64,000 nt of DNA from the human T2T-CHM13v2.0 reference genome, Homo sapiens. This document shows positions 18,469-35,586 of this stretch, piece after piece; position 1 is the first letter of the stretch, and each line of letters opens with the position of its first letter. The DNA lies in NCBI RefSeq assembly GCF_009914755.1, contig NC_060938.1; one strand, 5' to 3'. The translations under genes and the position numbers were made by a program. The notes beneath the pieces are model-generated. The model was not told where the DNA came from and did not search any database. It saw only the letters and a program-made list of their open reading frames with translations.

Positions 18469-19495
18469 TTACAATTTGGCATGTTTTTGCAGTGGCTGGT
18501 ACCGGTTGTTCCTTGCCATGTTTAGCACTTCCTTCAAGAGCTCTTGTAAGGCAGGCCTGGTGGTGACAAAATCTCTCAGCATTTGCTTGTCTGTAAAGGA
18601 TTTTATTTCTCCTTCACTTATGAAGTTCAGTTTGGCTGGATATGAGATTCTGCATTGAAAATTCTTTTCTTTAAGAATGTTGAATATTGTCCCCCACTCT
18701 CTTCTGGCTTGTAGGGTTTCTGCAGAGAGATGTGCTGTTAGTCTGATGGGCTTCCCTTTGTGGGTACCTGAACCTTTCTCTCTGGCTGTCCTTAACATTT
18801 TTTCCTTCATTTCAACCTTGGTGAATCTGACAATTATGTGTCTTGGGGTTGCTCTTCTCGAGGAGTATCTTTGTGATGTTCTCTGTATTTCCTGAATTTG
18901 AATGTTGGCCTGCCTTTCAAGGTTGGGGAAGTTCTCCTGGATAATATCGTGAAGAGTGTTTTCTAACTGGTTCCATTCTCTCCATCACTTTCAGGTACAC
19001 CAATTAAACATAGATTTGGTCTTTTCATGTAGTCCCAAATTTCTCTGAGGCTTTGTTCATTCGTTTCTTTTCACTCTTTTTTCCTAATCTTGTCTTCTCA
19101 CTTTATTTCATTAATTTGATCTTCAATCACTGATATCTTTTCTTCCATTTGATCGAATTGGCTATTGAAGCTTATGTGTGCTTCACAAAGTTTTCATACT
19201 GTGGTTTTCAGCTTCATCAGGTCATTTAAGCTCTTCTCTACACTGGGTATCCTAGTTAGCCATCGTCTATCCTTTTTTCAAGGTTTTTAGCTTCCTTGCG
19301 ATGGGTTAGAACATGCTCCTTTAGCTAGGAGAAGTTTGTTATTACTGACCTTCTGAAGCCTACTTCTGTTATCTCTTCAAACTCATTCTCCATCCAGTTT
19401 AGTTCCCTTGCTGGGGAGGAGTTGCATTCCTTTGGAGGAGAGGATGCATTCTGGTTTTTGGAATTTTCAGCCTTTCTGCTCTGGTTTCTCCCTAT
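18469..19495 (-). pseudogene. L1 ORF1, disrupted, start codon mutated to ATA
   Basis: KIGRNQSRKAENSKNQ N-terminus and ETLQARREWG...YPAKLNF C-terminus in separate ORFs. Confidence 0.9.
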
Positions 19496-19644
19496 CTTTG
19501 TGGTTTTATCTAACTTTGGTCTTTGATGTTGGTGACCTACAGATGGGGTTTTGGTGTGCATGTCCTTTTTGTTAATGGATGCTATTTCTTTCTGTTTGCT
19601 AATTTTCCTTCTAACAGACAGGCCCCTCAGCTGCAGTTCTGTTG

Positions 19645-19760
19645 GAGTTTGCTGGAGGTCCACTCCAGCCCCTGTTTGTCTGGGTATCACTAGTCGAGGC
19701 TGCAGAAGAGCAAACATTGCTGCCTGATCCTTCCTCTGGAAACTTCATTCCAGAGGGTCA
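19645..19760 (-). promoter_or_regulatory. L1 5'UTR segment retained in older L1PA and lost in L1HS (reported ZNF93-binding region)
   Basis: ttggagtttgctggaggtccactccag...gcctgatccttcctctggaaac present; identification relies on recalled L1PA3-6 versus L1HS 5'UTR structure. Confidence 0.55.
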
Positions 19761-20949
19761 CCCACCTATATGAGGTGCTTGTTAGCCCCTACTGGGAGGG
19801 GTTTCCCAGTCAGGCTACAGGGGGGTCAGGGACCCACTTGAGAGGCAGTCTGTCCGTTATTGGAGCTTGAATGCCATGCTGGGAGAAAAACTACTTTCTT
19901 CTGAGCTGTCAGGCCGGAATGTTTAAGTCGGCAGAAGCTGTTTGCTGCCTGTTGTTCAGATATGCCCTGCCCCTAGAGGTGGAATCTAGAGAGGTAGTAG
20001 ACCTTGCTGAGCTGTGGTGGGCTCCACCACATTCAAGCTTCCCTGCCACTTTGTTTACACTGTGAGCATAGAACTGCCTACTCAAGTCTCAGCAATGGCG
20101 GATGTCCCTCCGCCCACCAAGCTCCAGCATCCCAGGTGAATCTCAGACTGCTGCTCTAGCAGCAAGCAAGGCTCGGTGGGCATGGGACCTGCTGAGCCAG
20201 GCAAGGGAGGGAATCTCCTGGCCTGCTGGTTGTGAAGGCCGTGGGAAAAGTGTAGTTTTGGGCAGAGTGTACTGTTCCTCCAGGTACAGTCACTCTCATC
20301 TTCCCTTGGCAAGGAAAGGGAAATCCCCTGACCTGTTGCACTTCCCAGGTGAGGCGATGCCCCAACCTGCTTCGCCTCCCCATCCATGGGCTGCACCCAC
20401 TGTCTAACCAGTCCCAATGAGATGAACCAGGTACCTCAGTTGGAAATGCAGAAATCACCCCTCTTCTGCATCGATCTAGCTGGGAGCTGTAGACAAGACC
20501 TGTTTCTATTCAGCCACCTTGGAAACAACTCCAAAGGTACAATTTTTCATAAAAACTTTGAGAAAAATATAAACCAATTGGAAACCTATAAAACTGAAAG
20601 GTAATACTTTGGGAAATCAGCTTTGCCTTTGATGAAAATGGCTCCCAGAGACCTTACTGAGTATAACATTATGTTAATTTAGAGACAAAACTTCAGACTC
20701 CCAGAAAGTTGGAGAGGGCCCTATGATATATTACTGGCCCTAGGTTTGCTCCCCTGGGTGAGTGAGAGCAAACCAAAGGCACATGGAGCCTTATAAGGAC
20801 TAAAAGCCATAATCAGGCAACTCATTACTAATTAAATGAAGGTGGTCTCCTCCCACTTTTATAGCCTACTAGAGGATTGGTACTCTGGAAGAAAGTAACT
20901 TCCCCCAGATTTTTTACAGTTTCTTGTACATGATTTGTAGTATTTAATT

Positions 20950-22753
20950 AAAAACCTATAGCAACACTAGATTATATACTACCCCCAAACTCAGTAGTAT
21001 ACCACAATCATTACTTTTTGCTCTTTTATTTGTGGCTTAGTGGAGAAAAAAGCAATTCAGTCTGAGGGTTGAATAGGACAACTCTACATCGTGTTTTCTT
21101 CCTGGTGCCCAGAATAATAGAGCATTGTCTAAAATGAAGTTTTTCCTCACGATAGAGAAAAAGAATTACTAGAGGATCAAGAAGAAACCTAGGATGCCTA
21201 TTAAAGCCTAAGATAAAATACTACAAACTGTCACTTCTACTCAGATTACGTTGACTAAAGAAAGTCACATAGCAAGCCTATTATCAATAAATGGGAAAGT
21301 GTACTCCATCTTTACTCTAGTGTGAGGTACTGTGAAGTCAAAGGACCAAGGTCATGGATTCAGTGAAAACAAAGAATTTGAAAAGCAATGTCATGTAATG
21401 CAGCCCACCGTCTTGATTGTAATTATTCCCACGTCCACTACACTCAAAATACACTCAAACTCATTTCAAACACCTCGCCAAAGTCTCATACAATTATTGT
21501 ATAATGCTTCAAGTCCAGAATATTGTGACCTACAGTAGCATTGATGAGGTTTCTCAATAGAGAAACTTAGGGACTAAAAAGACAACTTTTCTGTCCCCTA
21601 CACACCCTCAAAGACAATTTTGCATCAAGGCTAGAATAACTGTAATGAGCAACCTAATTGGAAAGAAGAAAGAAATGGAGAGATGTAATAGTCATTAGTC
21701 AGTAATAATTCTTAAATCCTGCTAGGAAAATATTTCATGTACCGTAGGTAAGGAATAGATCCGGTTTTGCTGCCTGTGAGGGGCTCCCCAATTCAAACTT
21801 TTCCCATAGATCTTATCTTTATCCATTCTTTTTTTCCCCACTATCCTCTTGGCTCACAGAAGAAAATACCTTGCTTGACAACTGGCAAAGTCCTTCTGCC
21901 TTCTTTTAACAAGGTAGGGTCACAGAGGCCTCTTTTAATCACCAATAGCGTATAATTATTTTTCACATTCAGGTGATGCCAATATAAATATATTTCATTA
22001 TTATTTTTTAATGTCTGAAAATCCAGTTAACTTCAAGTCAAAGCCATATGCAGAGTTCTTGTCAAGATGCCTTTTGCTCTAGATTTATTTATGGATATTT
22101 GGGGTACATAATGATTGTGTGTGACTATATCTTAATCTTCATATGAATTTTTTTTGCTAAAATGCTCTTCTGAATATCACCTGAATTTTGTAAAAAATAT
22201 TAACAAAGAGGTTTATTGCCAACACTTAACTTAGTTTACTCATTTACCCTGAGAACATCTCTTAATGATAGGGTCCTAGATTACCTCACCTCACAGCTAT
22301 CAGAGCACTGATCTGGTGAAAAACAAATTAACTTTACAATGCAGTTTCTTACACTCTTTATCCCTTGTAAATTTTAGTTTTTTGTTCTTACCGCATTTAT
22401 TTCTTGTAGTTTTTTGTCAAATGCAGGTAGCAACATTCAAATCATATGTTTAACATTCTGTCTCAAAATCTCCTCACTCCACTTAGCAAGTTATTCAGGT
22501 GTATTTTTCTGCTTTCCGGGTTATCACAGGTGAAAGTTAGTTACTGCTACATATTTTACTTCTTTTAAAAAAAAATTCTGCCAGCTTCACCTCACTTCTA
22601 GTCATTAATGTTTGTCTCAGTCAACTAGTGCTATGGTAATATTGCTTGATTAACAACTTTAAAATTTCCATGGCTTAAGGCAACAGTTATTTATTTCCCT
22701 TATTCATCTGTTCTTTAACACTGATTCAGATAACCTTGACTAGATAAGGATCT
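20950..22753 (-). mobile_element. Ancient MLT1-type MaLR LTR/internal remnants
   Basis: MLT-like motifs (ccccaaactcagtag, gactaaagaaagtcacatagcaagcc, atggcttaaggcaacagttatttattt); highly diverged, boundaries approximate. Confidence 0.45.
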
Positions 22754-22789
22754 AGACAGGGTTCTAGTTTAGAATGCTAAGGCAATCTT

Positions 22790-23103
<314 letters not shown>

Positions 23104-23295
23104 TCAAAAACCAAACAAAGAATAAAATTTAGAATTAAGTGGATAAAGAATTGAATGAAAACAGACTCACAGATTTTATCTCATAGCATATTGTATCTAA
23201 GAAAAAAGATGAAGTAAGGATAATCTTATTATCAATTGATATATTTCATAACTAATAAATATGAAGTATAAACTCAACATATGGGGTTGATAGTA

Positions 23296-24535
<1,240 letters not shown>

Positions 24536-25785
24536 TTATTACTGATGTCAGAATTTACTTATTTCTCTATTACATATCTTTTAACACATTTTTATAGTTA
24601 TAGTTATTCATAATACTTTTTGTTTTTTAAATTTTATAGTAAGGTTAAAAGTGATTTATAGGGCATCATTATAGTATTACATTATTTAGTGTTTGACTAC
24701 GTATCTCTCTTTTCCAATGAGATTTACACTGCATATGTTTTCAGGTTCTGTTTAGCAACCCTCTGCTTCAACCTGAATAATTTCCTTTATATTTTATAAA
24801 GCAGATGATAAACAAGTTGATGATTATTGGTGATGAATATACTCAGTTTTGCTTGTCTGGAAAAGTCTTTATCTCTGTTTCATTTCGAAAGGACAATTTT
24901 GTCAGGTATGGTATTCTTGATTGGTAGATTTTTCCTTTCAGTACTTTGAATAGATCAAACCAATTTTTTGTCTGGCAGGCAAGGTTTCTGCTGAAAAATC
25001 TGCTTATAATCTCTTAAGTATGATGTGTGATGTGTCTATTTCAAAATTATCTCTTTGACTTTTGACAAGCAAAATGTAATGTGCCATGATGTATACACTT
25101 ATATGCTCAATCTATTTGAGGTCCCTCAGATTTAATGAATTTGAATGTCCATTTCTTTTCCCAGATTTGGGAATTTATCAGTCATTCTTCAGTGAACTTT
25201 CTCTCTTTTCATGGCATCTTCTCATTCAGAGATTCCCATAATGCAAATGTCAGTTCACTTGATGGTGTCCCAAAAACCTCTTCACATTTTTTTCTCATTT
25301 TTTTCTTATTTTTGACTAGATTACTTTAAGTAGTCTTTCTTTAAGTGCACAGATACTTACTTCTGCTTGAGCAAGTCTTCTTCTGAAGCCATCTACTGAA
25401 TTTTTTAATTTAGTGATTGTATTCTTCAGCTCCAGAATTCCTGTGTGGTTCTTTTTATGATTTAAATATATTTGCTGAGCTTTTGATTTTGTCCATGCAT
25501 GATTTGTTTGATTTGATTTTTTTTCTATTTGTGTTTTCGTGCAGTTACACTGAGCTTCTGTAAGATGATTATTTTGAATTCTTTTTTAGGAAGTGCATAG
25601 ATCTCCATTCTTTCAGTATATTTATTGGAGCTTTACTTCATTCCTTCAATGGCGTCATGTTTTCTGGATTCTTCATGATCCTTGTAGTTTTATCTTAATA
25701 TCTGCACATTTGAACATGAAATTACTTCTTCTAGTATTTACAGATTGGCTTCTGCAGAGAAAGCCCTTCACCAGTAAGCCCAGCA
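24536..25785 (-). mobile_element. Old L1M ORF1-region fragment
   Basis: gcaaggtttctgctgaaaaatctgc, cccagatttgggaattt antisense ORF1-like motifs. Confidence 0.65.
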
Positions 25786-25814
25786 AGAGAAGTAACCAAA
25801 AAGAAATGCAAGAA

Positions 25815-25851
25815 ATAATAATGATAATAATAATAATAATAATAATAATAA
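25815..25851 (+). repeat. (AAT)n microsatellite
   Basis: ataataatgataataataataat... Confidence 0.9.
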
Positions 25852-26617
25852 ACAGTAACAGAAATAAAGAATGCTCTCAAAAGGCTGATCAGTAAACTGC
25901 AAATGGCTAAGGAAAAAGTCTCTGGGTTTGAGAATATACCAATAGAAACCTCTAAAACCAAAAAATCAGAGATAACATTTGAAAAAAAAAAGAATATCAA
26001 AGAACTTTGGACAACTACAAAAGGTGTAGCATATGCATAAGGAGAATACTAACAAAAAAAGAGAGTGAATGGAAGAGAAGACTGTTTGAATCCATAAGGA
26101 CTGATAATTTCCTCCTGTTTTGTGTTAGACAACAAACCACAGTTCCAGAAAGCTCAGATAACATCAAGCAAGATAAACGCCAAGCCCAAAAAGCAAAAAC
26201 GCTATACCTAGGTGTATATTCAAAATACAGAAAATTAAATCTACAAGAAAAACCTTGAAGAAGTCAGGGGAAAACAATATCATACCTAGAAAGGACCAAA
26301 AATAATAACTAAATTTGACTTATCCTTAGAGATTGTATAAGCAAGAAGAGAGTAGAATGAAATACTTAAAGTGTTGAAATTTTAAAAAGCCTCAATTTCT
26401 CTTCTTTACAAAATTTCCACTTAAAAGTTAATAAAAAATAAAGACTTTCTCAGACAAACAAAATTTTAGGGAATTTGTTGCCAGCAGATTTTCCCGAATA
26501 AAAAGTTTCAAGAAGTTCCTTAGAGAGAAGAAAAATGATATAGGTCAGTTACTTAGATTTCATAAAGACAAGAAGAGTATTAAAAAAGGAATGAGTAACA
26601 GCAAAATAAAAAATTTT

Positions 26618-26948
<331 letters not shown>

Positions 26949-27061
26949 AAAATAAAAAATTTTATTTTTTATTCTTAATTGATCTAACAAATAAAAATTT
27001 GTTAAAAATATAACAATAGTAATACTGCGCTTGATTATGTATGTCTGTATATATTATATAG

Positions 27062-27068
<7 letters not shown>

Positions 27069-27103
<35 letters not shown>
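27069..27103 (+). repeat. (TA)n microsatellite
   Basis: tatatata... run. Confidence 0.95.
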
Positions 27104-27107
<4 letters not shown>

Positions 27108-27326
27108 ACAGGTGTACTGATACATAAGTGAAATGAATGCAGCCATAAAAAAGGACAGGATGGAATAATTAGGATTGTTTTGTTTTTATAAAGTATTCAC
27201 ATTACCTGTAAAGCTACATATTGTTATATGAAAGTAAATTTGGATTAGTTGTAAATGTACTTTGCAAACTCAACAGCAACACACAAAAATAGACAAACAA
27301 AAAGCAGAAGTCTAACTGATATCCTA

Positions 27327-27806
<480 letters not shown>

Positions 27807-29569
27807 TCAATTGAAAGTCAGACATTTTCAAAATGTATCATAAAGCAAGACTTATTATATGTTGACTAAATCAGTTCAATGGAGGAAAACGTATACCAGG
27901 TTAATACTAATCAAAGAAAAAATTAAAAGTAGTATCTTTCAGATAGAGCAGACTTCAAAGCAAAAGAAATTATCAGGGATAGAGAACATTACATAACAAT
28001 AAAAGGGCCAATTTTCCAAGAAGATAAACAGTTCTTAATGTGTATTAAGAACTAAAAACAGATTATCAAACTATATGATGCAAAAATTGATGACACTTAA
28101 AAAAAAAAAGATGAATCCACACTACCATACTTCGAGAATTTAACAGCCCTCTCTGAGCAATTGACAGATCCACCAGGCAAAAATTAGCAAAAACATAACT
28201 GAACTCAACACCATAAATCAACTGGATATAATCAACATCCAATGATTTTATCCAACAACAGCATAATATACATTCTTTTTAAGGTCACATGGACCATTCA
28301 TCAATATAGACCACATTCTGAACCATAAAATACAACTTAGCAAATTTAAATAAAAACTATACAATGTCTGCTCTCAGATTATAATAGAATTAAAACTTAA
28401 ATTACCAACAAAATGATAGCTAAAAGAGTCCAACAAATGAAGAGATTAACACATTGGTTGAAGAAGAAATCTCAAGAGAAATTATAAAATATTTTGAAGT
28501 AAATGAAAACAAAAACAAAAGTTATCTAAATTTGTGGCAGTGCTTAGAGGGAAAGGCATAGCATTGAGTACATATATCAGAAATGAAAAATCACCTGAAA
28601 TAAAGAATCTAAGTTTCTACCTTAGAAAACTCGAAAGAGCAAGTTAAATGCAAACAAAGTAGAATAAAAGAAATAGAGAAGAAATCAATAAAATTCAAAA
28701 CAGATAATGAATAGAAAAAATAAAAAAACCTTGAAAGCTGTTTCTTTGAAAAGATCAATAAAATTAAAAAGCTTGTAGCCAAGTAAACTAAGAAAAAGAG
28801 AGAGGACAAAAATGACCAATATCACAAGTTAAATAGGGAACATCTCTACAGATCCCATGGACATTAAAAGCATAATGAAGGAATAGCATAAACAACTTTG
28901 TTCCCCCAAATTTTATAATCTGGACACAATCAGCCAATTCCTTGAAACCTACAATCCACCAAATGTGCACAGGAAGAAATGAAGAATCTGAATAGGTCTA
29001 TATGTATTAAACTAATTGAATCAATATTTAATAACTTGACAAAAGAGAAGAAACTGGAACCAGTTAGGATTACTGGTGAATTCTATCAAACATTTAATGA
29101 AGAAATTATACCAAATTTCTACTATCTCTTTCAGAAGATACAAACAGAGGTAGTATTTTCTAACTCATTTTATGAGGGCTGCATTACCTTAACACCAAAA
29201 CCAAATAAAGATAATATAAGAAACATAAACTAGAGACCAATATCTCTCCAGAACAGATAAAAAAAAATTCAACAAAATATTAGCAAATAAAATACAAAAA
29301 TGTATATAAAAATTACATACCATGATCAAGTGATAATTATCTCATGTATGCAAGGTTGGTTCAACATTTGAAATCAATTATTATAATCAATCACATCAAC
29401 AGATTAGAAAAGAAAAATCATATGATCATATCAATAGATAGAAAGCAAATGACAACTCAATACCCATTCACGATATAAACTGTGTAAATTAGTAAGAAAG
29501 GAGAACTTTATGAATTTGATTAAAAAAACCTACAAAAAATCTACATTGAACATCATATGTAATTGTGAT

Positions 29570-31618
<2,049 letters not shown>

Positions 31619-32986
31619 TTTTTTTAAATTTTTTTTTTTGAGGTGGATTCTCGCTCTGTAGCCCAGGCTGGAGTGCAGTGGTGCTATCTCAGCTCACTGC
31701 AAGCTCTGCTATTGGGGGAACCCACCCCGGATAATGCACGTAGGTTTTCTTCTATTTTCCCTAAGTGTCAGCTGGTCTGAGAAATAAACAGAAAGAGTAC
31801 AAAAGAGAAAAATTTTAAAGCTGGGTGTCCAGGGAAGACATCACATGTGTCAGCAGGTTCCATGATGCCCCGCAAGCCTCAAAACCAGCAAGTTTTTATT
31901 AGTGATTTTCAAAAGGGGAGGGAGTGTACAAATAGGGTATGGGTCACAGAGATCACATGCTTCACAAGGTAATAAAATATCACAAGGCAAATGGAGGCAG
32001 GGCGAGATCACAGGACCAGGGCAAAACTAAAATTGCTAATGAAGTTTTGGGCACGCATTGTCATTGATAACATCTTATCAGGAGAGGAGACAGGGTTTGA
32101 GAGCAGACAACCAGTCTGACCAAAATTTATGAGGTGGGAATTTCCTCGTCCTAATAAGCCTGGGAGTGCTATGGGAAACTGGGGCTTATTTCATTCCTTA
32201 TCTACTATAAAAGACAGACGTCCCCAAAGCGGCCATTTCAGAGGCCTCCCCTTAGGAATGCATTCTCTTTCTCAGGGATTTTCCTTGCTGAGAAAAAGAA
32301 TTCTGCGATATTTCTCCTATTCGCTTTTGAAAGAAGAGAAATATGGCTCTGTTCCACCCGGCCCACGGGCAGCCAGACTTTAAGGTTATCTCCCTTGTTC
32401 CCTGAACATTGCTGTTATCCTGTTCTTTTTTCAAGGTGCCCAGATTTCATATTGTTTAAACAATTTGTGCAGTTAACGCAATCATCACAGGGTCCTGAGG
32501 TGACATTCATCCTCAGCTTAGGAAGATGATGGGATTAAGAGATTAAAGTAAAGACAGGCATAGGAAATCACAAGAGTATTGATTGGGGATAAGTGTCCAT
32601 GAAATCTTCACAATTTATGTTCAGAGATTGCGGTAAAGACAGGCCTAAGAAATTATAAAAGTATTAATTTGGGGAACTAATAAATGTCCATGAAATCTGC
32701 ACAATTTATGTTCTTCTGCCATGGCTTCAGCTGGTCCCTCCGTTCAGGGTCCCTGACTTCCTGCAACACTCTGCCTTCCAGGTTCACACCATTCTTCTGC
32801 CTCAGCCTCCCAAGTAGCTGGGACTAGAGGTGCCTGCCACCATGCCTGCCTAATTTGTTTGTATTTTTAGTAGAGCTGGGGTTTCACTGTGTTAGCCAGG
32901 ATGGTCTCAATCTCCTGACCTTGTGATCTGCCTGCCTCGGCTTCCCAAAGTGCTGGGATTACAGGCATGAGCCACCATGCCTGGCC
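31619..32986 (-). mobile_element. AluY split by MER11 LTR (31619-31709 and 32769-32986)
   Basis: gcaagctctg, ttcacaccattc and gttagccaggatggtctc AluY diagnostics. Confidence 0.9.
31710..32768 (-). mobile_element. MER11 solo LTR (HERV-K11/HML-8)
   Basis: Minus strand starts tgttgcaggaagtcagggaccctgaacggagggacc; 1059 bp; perfect 6-bp TSD ctctgc (31704-31709 / 32769-32774). Confidence 0.92.
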
Positions 32987-33745
32987 AAAAGTTGAAATTT
33001 TTTAAAAAGAAATGAAAGTCGTGCAGATTGGGAAGGAAAAAATAAAACTGCTTTGGTTCACAGATGACATGATAGTGTAAAAAAATCCCTAAGAATCAAA
33101 AATAACAGGATTCCTGGAACTAATAAGCACATTAAAAAAATGTAATACTTTAGTATAAATCTAAGAAAATATTACAAGATTCATGTAAGGAAAACTATAA
33201 ATTTTGATGAAAGGAATCAGAGAAGAACTAAAGAAATTAATAAATATTTCATGTTAATGGATCAAAAGACTCAATATTATCAATATGTTTGTTTTTTCAA
33301 TCTTAATCTGTAGATTCAATGCAGTCCCAATCAAAATCCCAATCAAATATCAGACCAATTATTTACACTTAGCAATTAGCGTCCGTTACTCATGAACATT
33401 TTACTCCATGTGGTGAATTACAAAGGCACATATCATCTAAATGTGCAAGAGAAGGGTTTTCACAACAGTAGCAGAACCCAGAAGCTTCAATACTGAAGTT
33501 ACCAGGGGGAGTAGTAAAGCTACTCCTACTGTCCCTTAGGAGAAAGAGAAAGAAAATTTTCTGTTCAGTATAAACAAATTCTCCTGAGCTTTCTAACTTA
33601 AGGTTACTCTTTAGTCATACTTTAGCCTGCTTATCAACAACTTTTGTTCAAGAAGCCCTGAACATGCACAAAAATGAAATGTTCACATTGGTTTCCAAAA
33701 TATTAGAATATGATAATTCTAAGTATCCACTAGATTATGTGCTAA

Positions 33746-33750
<5 letters not shown>

Positions 33751-33775
<25 letters not shown>
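33751..33775 (+). repeat. (TG)n microsatellite
   Basis: tgtgtg... run. Confidence 0.95.
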
Positions 33776-33776
<1 letters not shown>

Positions 33777-35270
33777 AACACACATATATATTTGTGATTG
33801 AGATGACAAGAAGGATATTATTTAGCTATTAAAATATAGCAGAGTGGTCAGTTTCAGAGGCTCACAAAGTTAAGCTCTGCCTTATTTATTTTTTATGATG
33901 TACCAGATATGTATCATATAAAAATAAAAATATTTGATATTTAAAATAAGAAAATTTATATTACAAATGGGAGCAAACACTAAAAGGGCTTATACCTGTG
34001 TTTAAGTACTTAGGCTTCTGAATGAGTGACAGAGCTTGCCAACCTATAGCAAGAAATATACATTAAAAGACCTCGATTTTTATTGAATAGAAGTTTGTAA
34101 ATCTTTGAGTTTTCATGAAATTCCTGAAATTTGTGCTTTAGATACTAAAAATAGTTATTAACAGGAAAATTAATTGTCTTGATTTTCTTACATACATTTT
34201 ATAACAGAGTATTTTCCACTGTGAATAATACAGGAGATAAAAAGAGTCTATTATACTGAGTTATATTTTCCAAGCATTATTTTAAGTCTTTTTATAAAAG
34301 CCAAGACTCTGAAATAAATGTGTTTATTATATTTCATGTATGCCTGAAAGAAAACTAAGTAACTGAAAAAAGGTCAGCTGTAAAAAATCAGCCTTCAAAC
34401 ACCCTGATGTTATGAATTATAACTACTGCCTGTTGTAGATGCAGGGGATGACTCCTTCAATATCTGAAAACATGTGCCTTGAAATTTTCAATTACTCTCA
34501 GGGAACCAAACATTTCTTATGAAAAGTATTTGACAAGGCTGGCTGAAAAATGTGACTCTGCAGAAGGAAATGCCATTGGATCACTGGAGTGTGATTGAAA
34601 GAAAAGTAAAAACCAGAGTTCCGGCTCTTCACAGCTGAAAAGGAAACTACACATGGTATCAAGTCTCCTGGGAGTAAACTCAAGAAGGCCTTATGCTGAC
34701 ATCAAGTGACTTTTAGTGCCAGAAAAAGACAACACATTTTACTATCATAAATTAGAAATAAACACATTTAATAATTTACACACCTCAATTCAAAATTCGA
34801 CAGATGTATTTATAAATTATTTTATATAAAATTACATAGTGACAGAGTTTAATAAGCAGAAATTACAGGAGTTAAATGGAGACATAGCCATACACACATA
34901 ATCATGTAGAGAATAAAGAAGGAGAGAGGTATAATTAAAATTATCAACAAGTTAGACCTGATATTTCCCAAATGTCATTTCAAAAACATCACTTCTATTT
35001 TTTCTCAAAAACCAATCACATCCCCATCTTACCAAATTTTTCCTCATACAAAATCCATAGCAACTTTATGTAACTTGATAATTTAAATATCATGCACTCC
35101 TATGAAAAGAGAATTAGTGGAAGCTTGAGTCATCTTCTAATATAGGGAAATTTGGAGTTGTTCTAAAGCAAGGATGCCATCTCTTCTTCATTCAGAGAAA
35201 ATATATTCTACCCATTTTGAAACTAGTAGTCAAAATACAAACACAGATTTATTCCAATGAGGAAAGAATA

Positions 35271-35410
35271 GGCGGGGCATGTGACTCACATCTGTAATCC
35301 CAGCAATTTGGGAGGCGAAGGCAAGAGGATCACTATAGCCCAGGAGTTCAAGACCAGCCTTAGGCAATAGAGGAAGACCCTCTCTCTGTAAGAAAAAAAA
35401 AAAAAGGAGA
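35271..35410 (+). mobile_element. FLAM/AluJ left monomer
   Basis: Single Alu monomer with A tail; TSD aaagaata. Confidence 0.85.
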
Positions 35411-35482
35411 AAGAATAAAATGCCTTCTATTTCAGCCTTGTCTTGTCCTCGATTATTCAGGGCATCTTTCAATACATTTCTA

Positions 35483-35586
35483 TTGGTTGGTGCAAAAGTA
35501 ATAGCGGTTTTTGCCATTGAAAATAATGGCAAATTGAAAGTAATTTGCCATTACTTTCTATGGCTATTACTTTCGCAGCAAACTAA
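35483..35586. mobile_element. MADE1 (Hsmar1-derived MITE), internally rearranged
   Basis: TIR ttggttggtgcaaaagtaatagcgg ... attactttcgcagcaaactaa, flanked by TA at 35481-35482 and 35587-35588. Confidence 0.85.

Noticed and set aside
20095-20407. L1 antisense ORF0
   Set aside because: The ORF0-position ATG (20095) reads MADVPPPTKLQHPR and then stops; the 101-aa track ORF at 20102 is in a different frame.
32591-32715. Direct repeat tgtccatgaaatct..acaatttatgttc
   Set aside because: It is an intrinsic repeat of the MER11 LTR, not a CRISPR-like or novel array.
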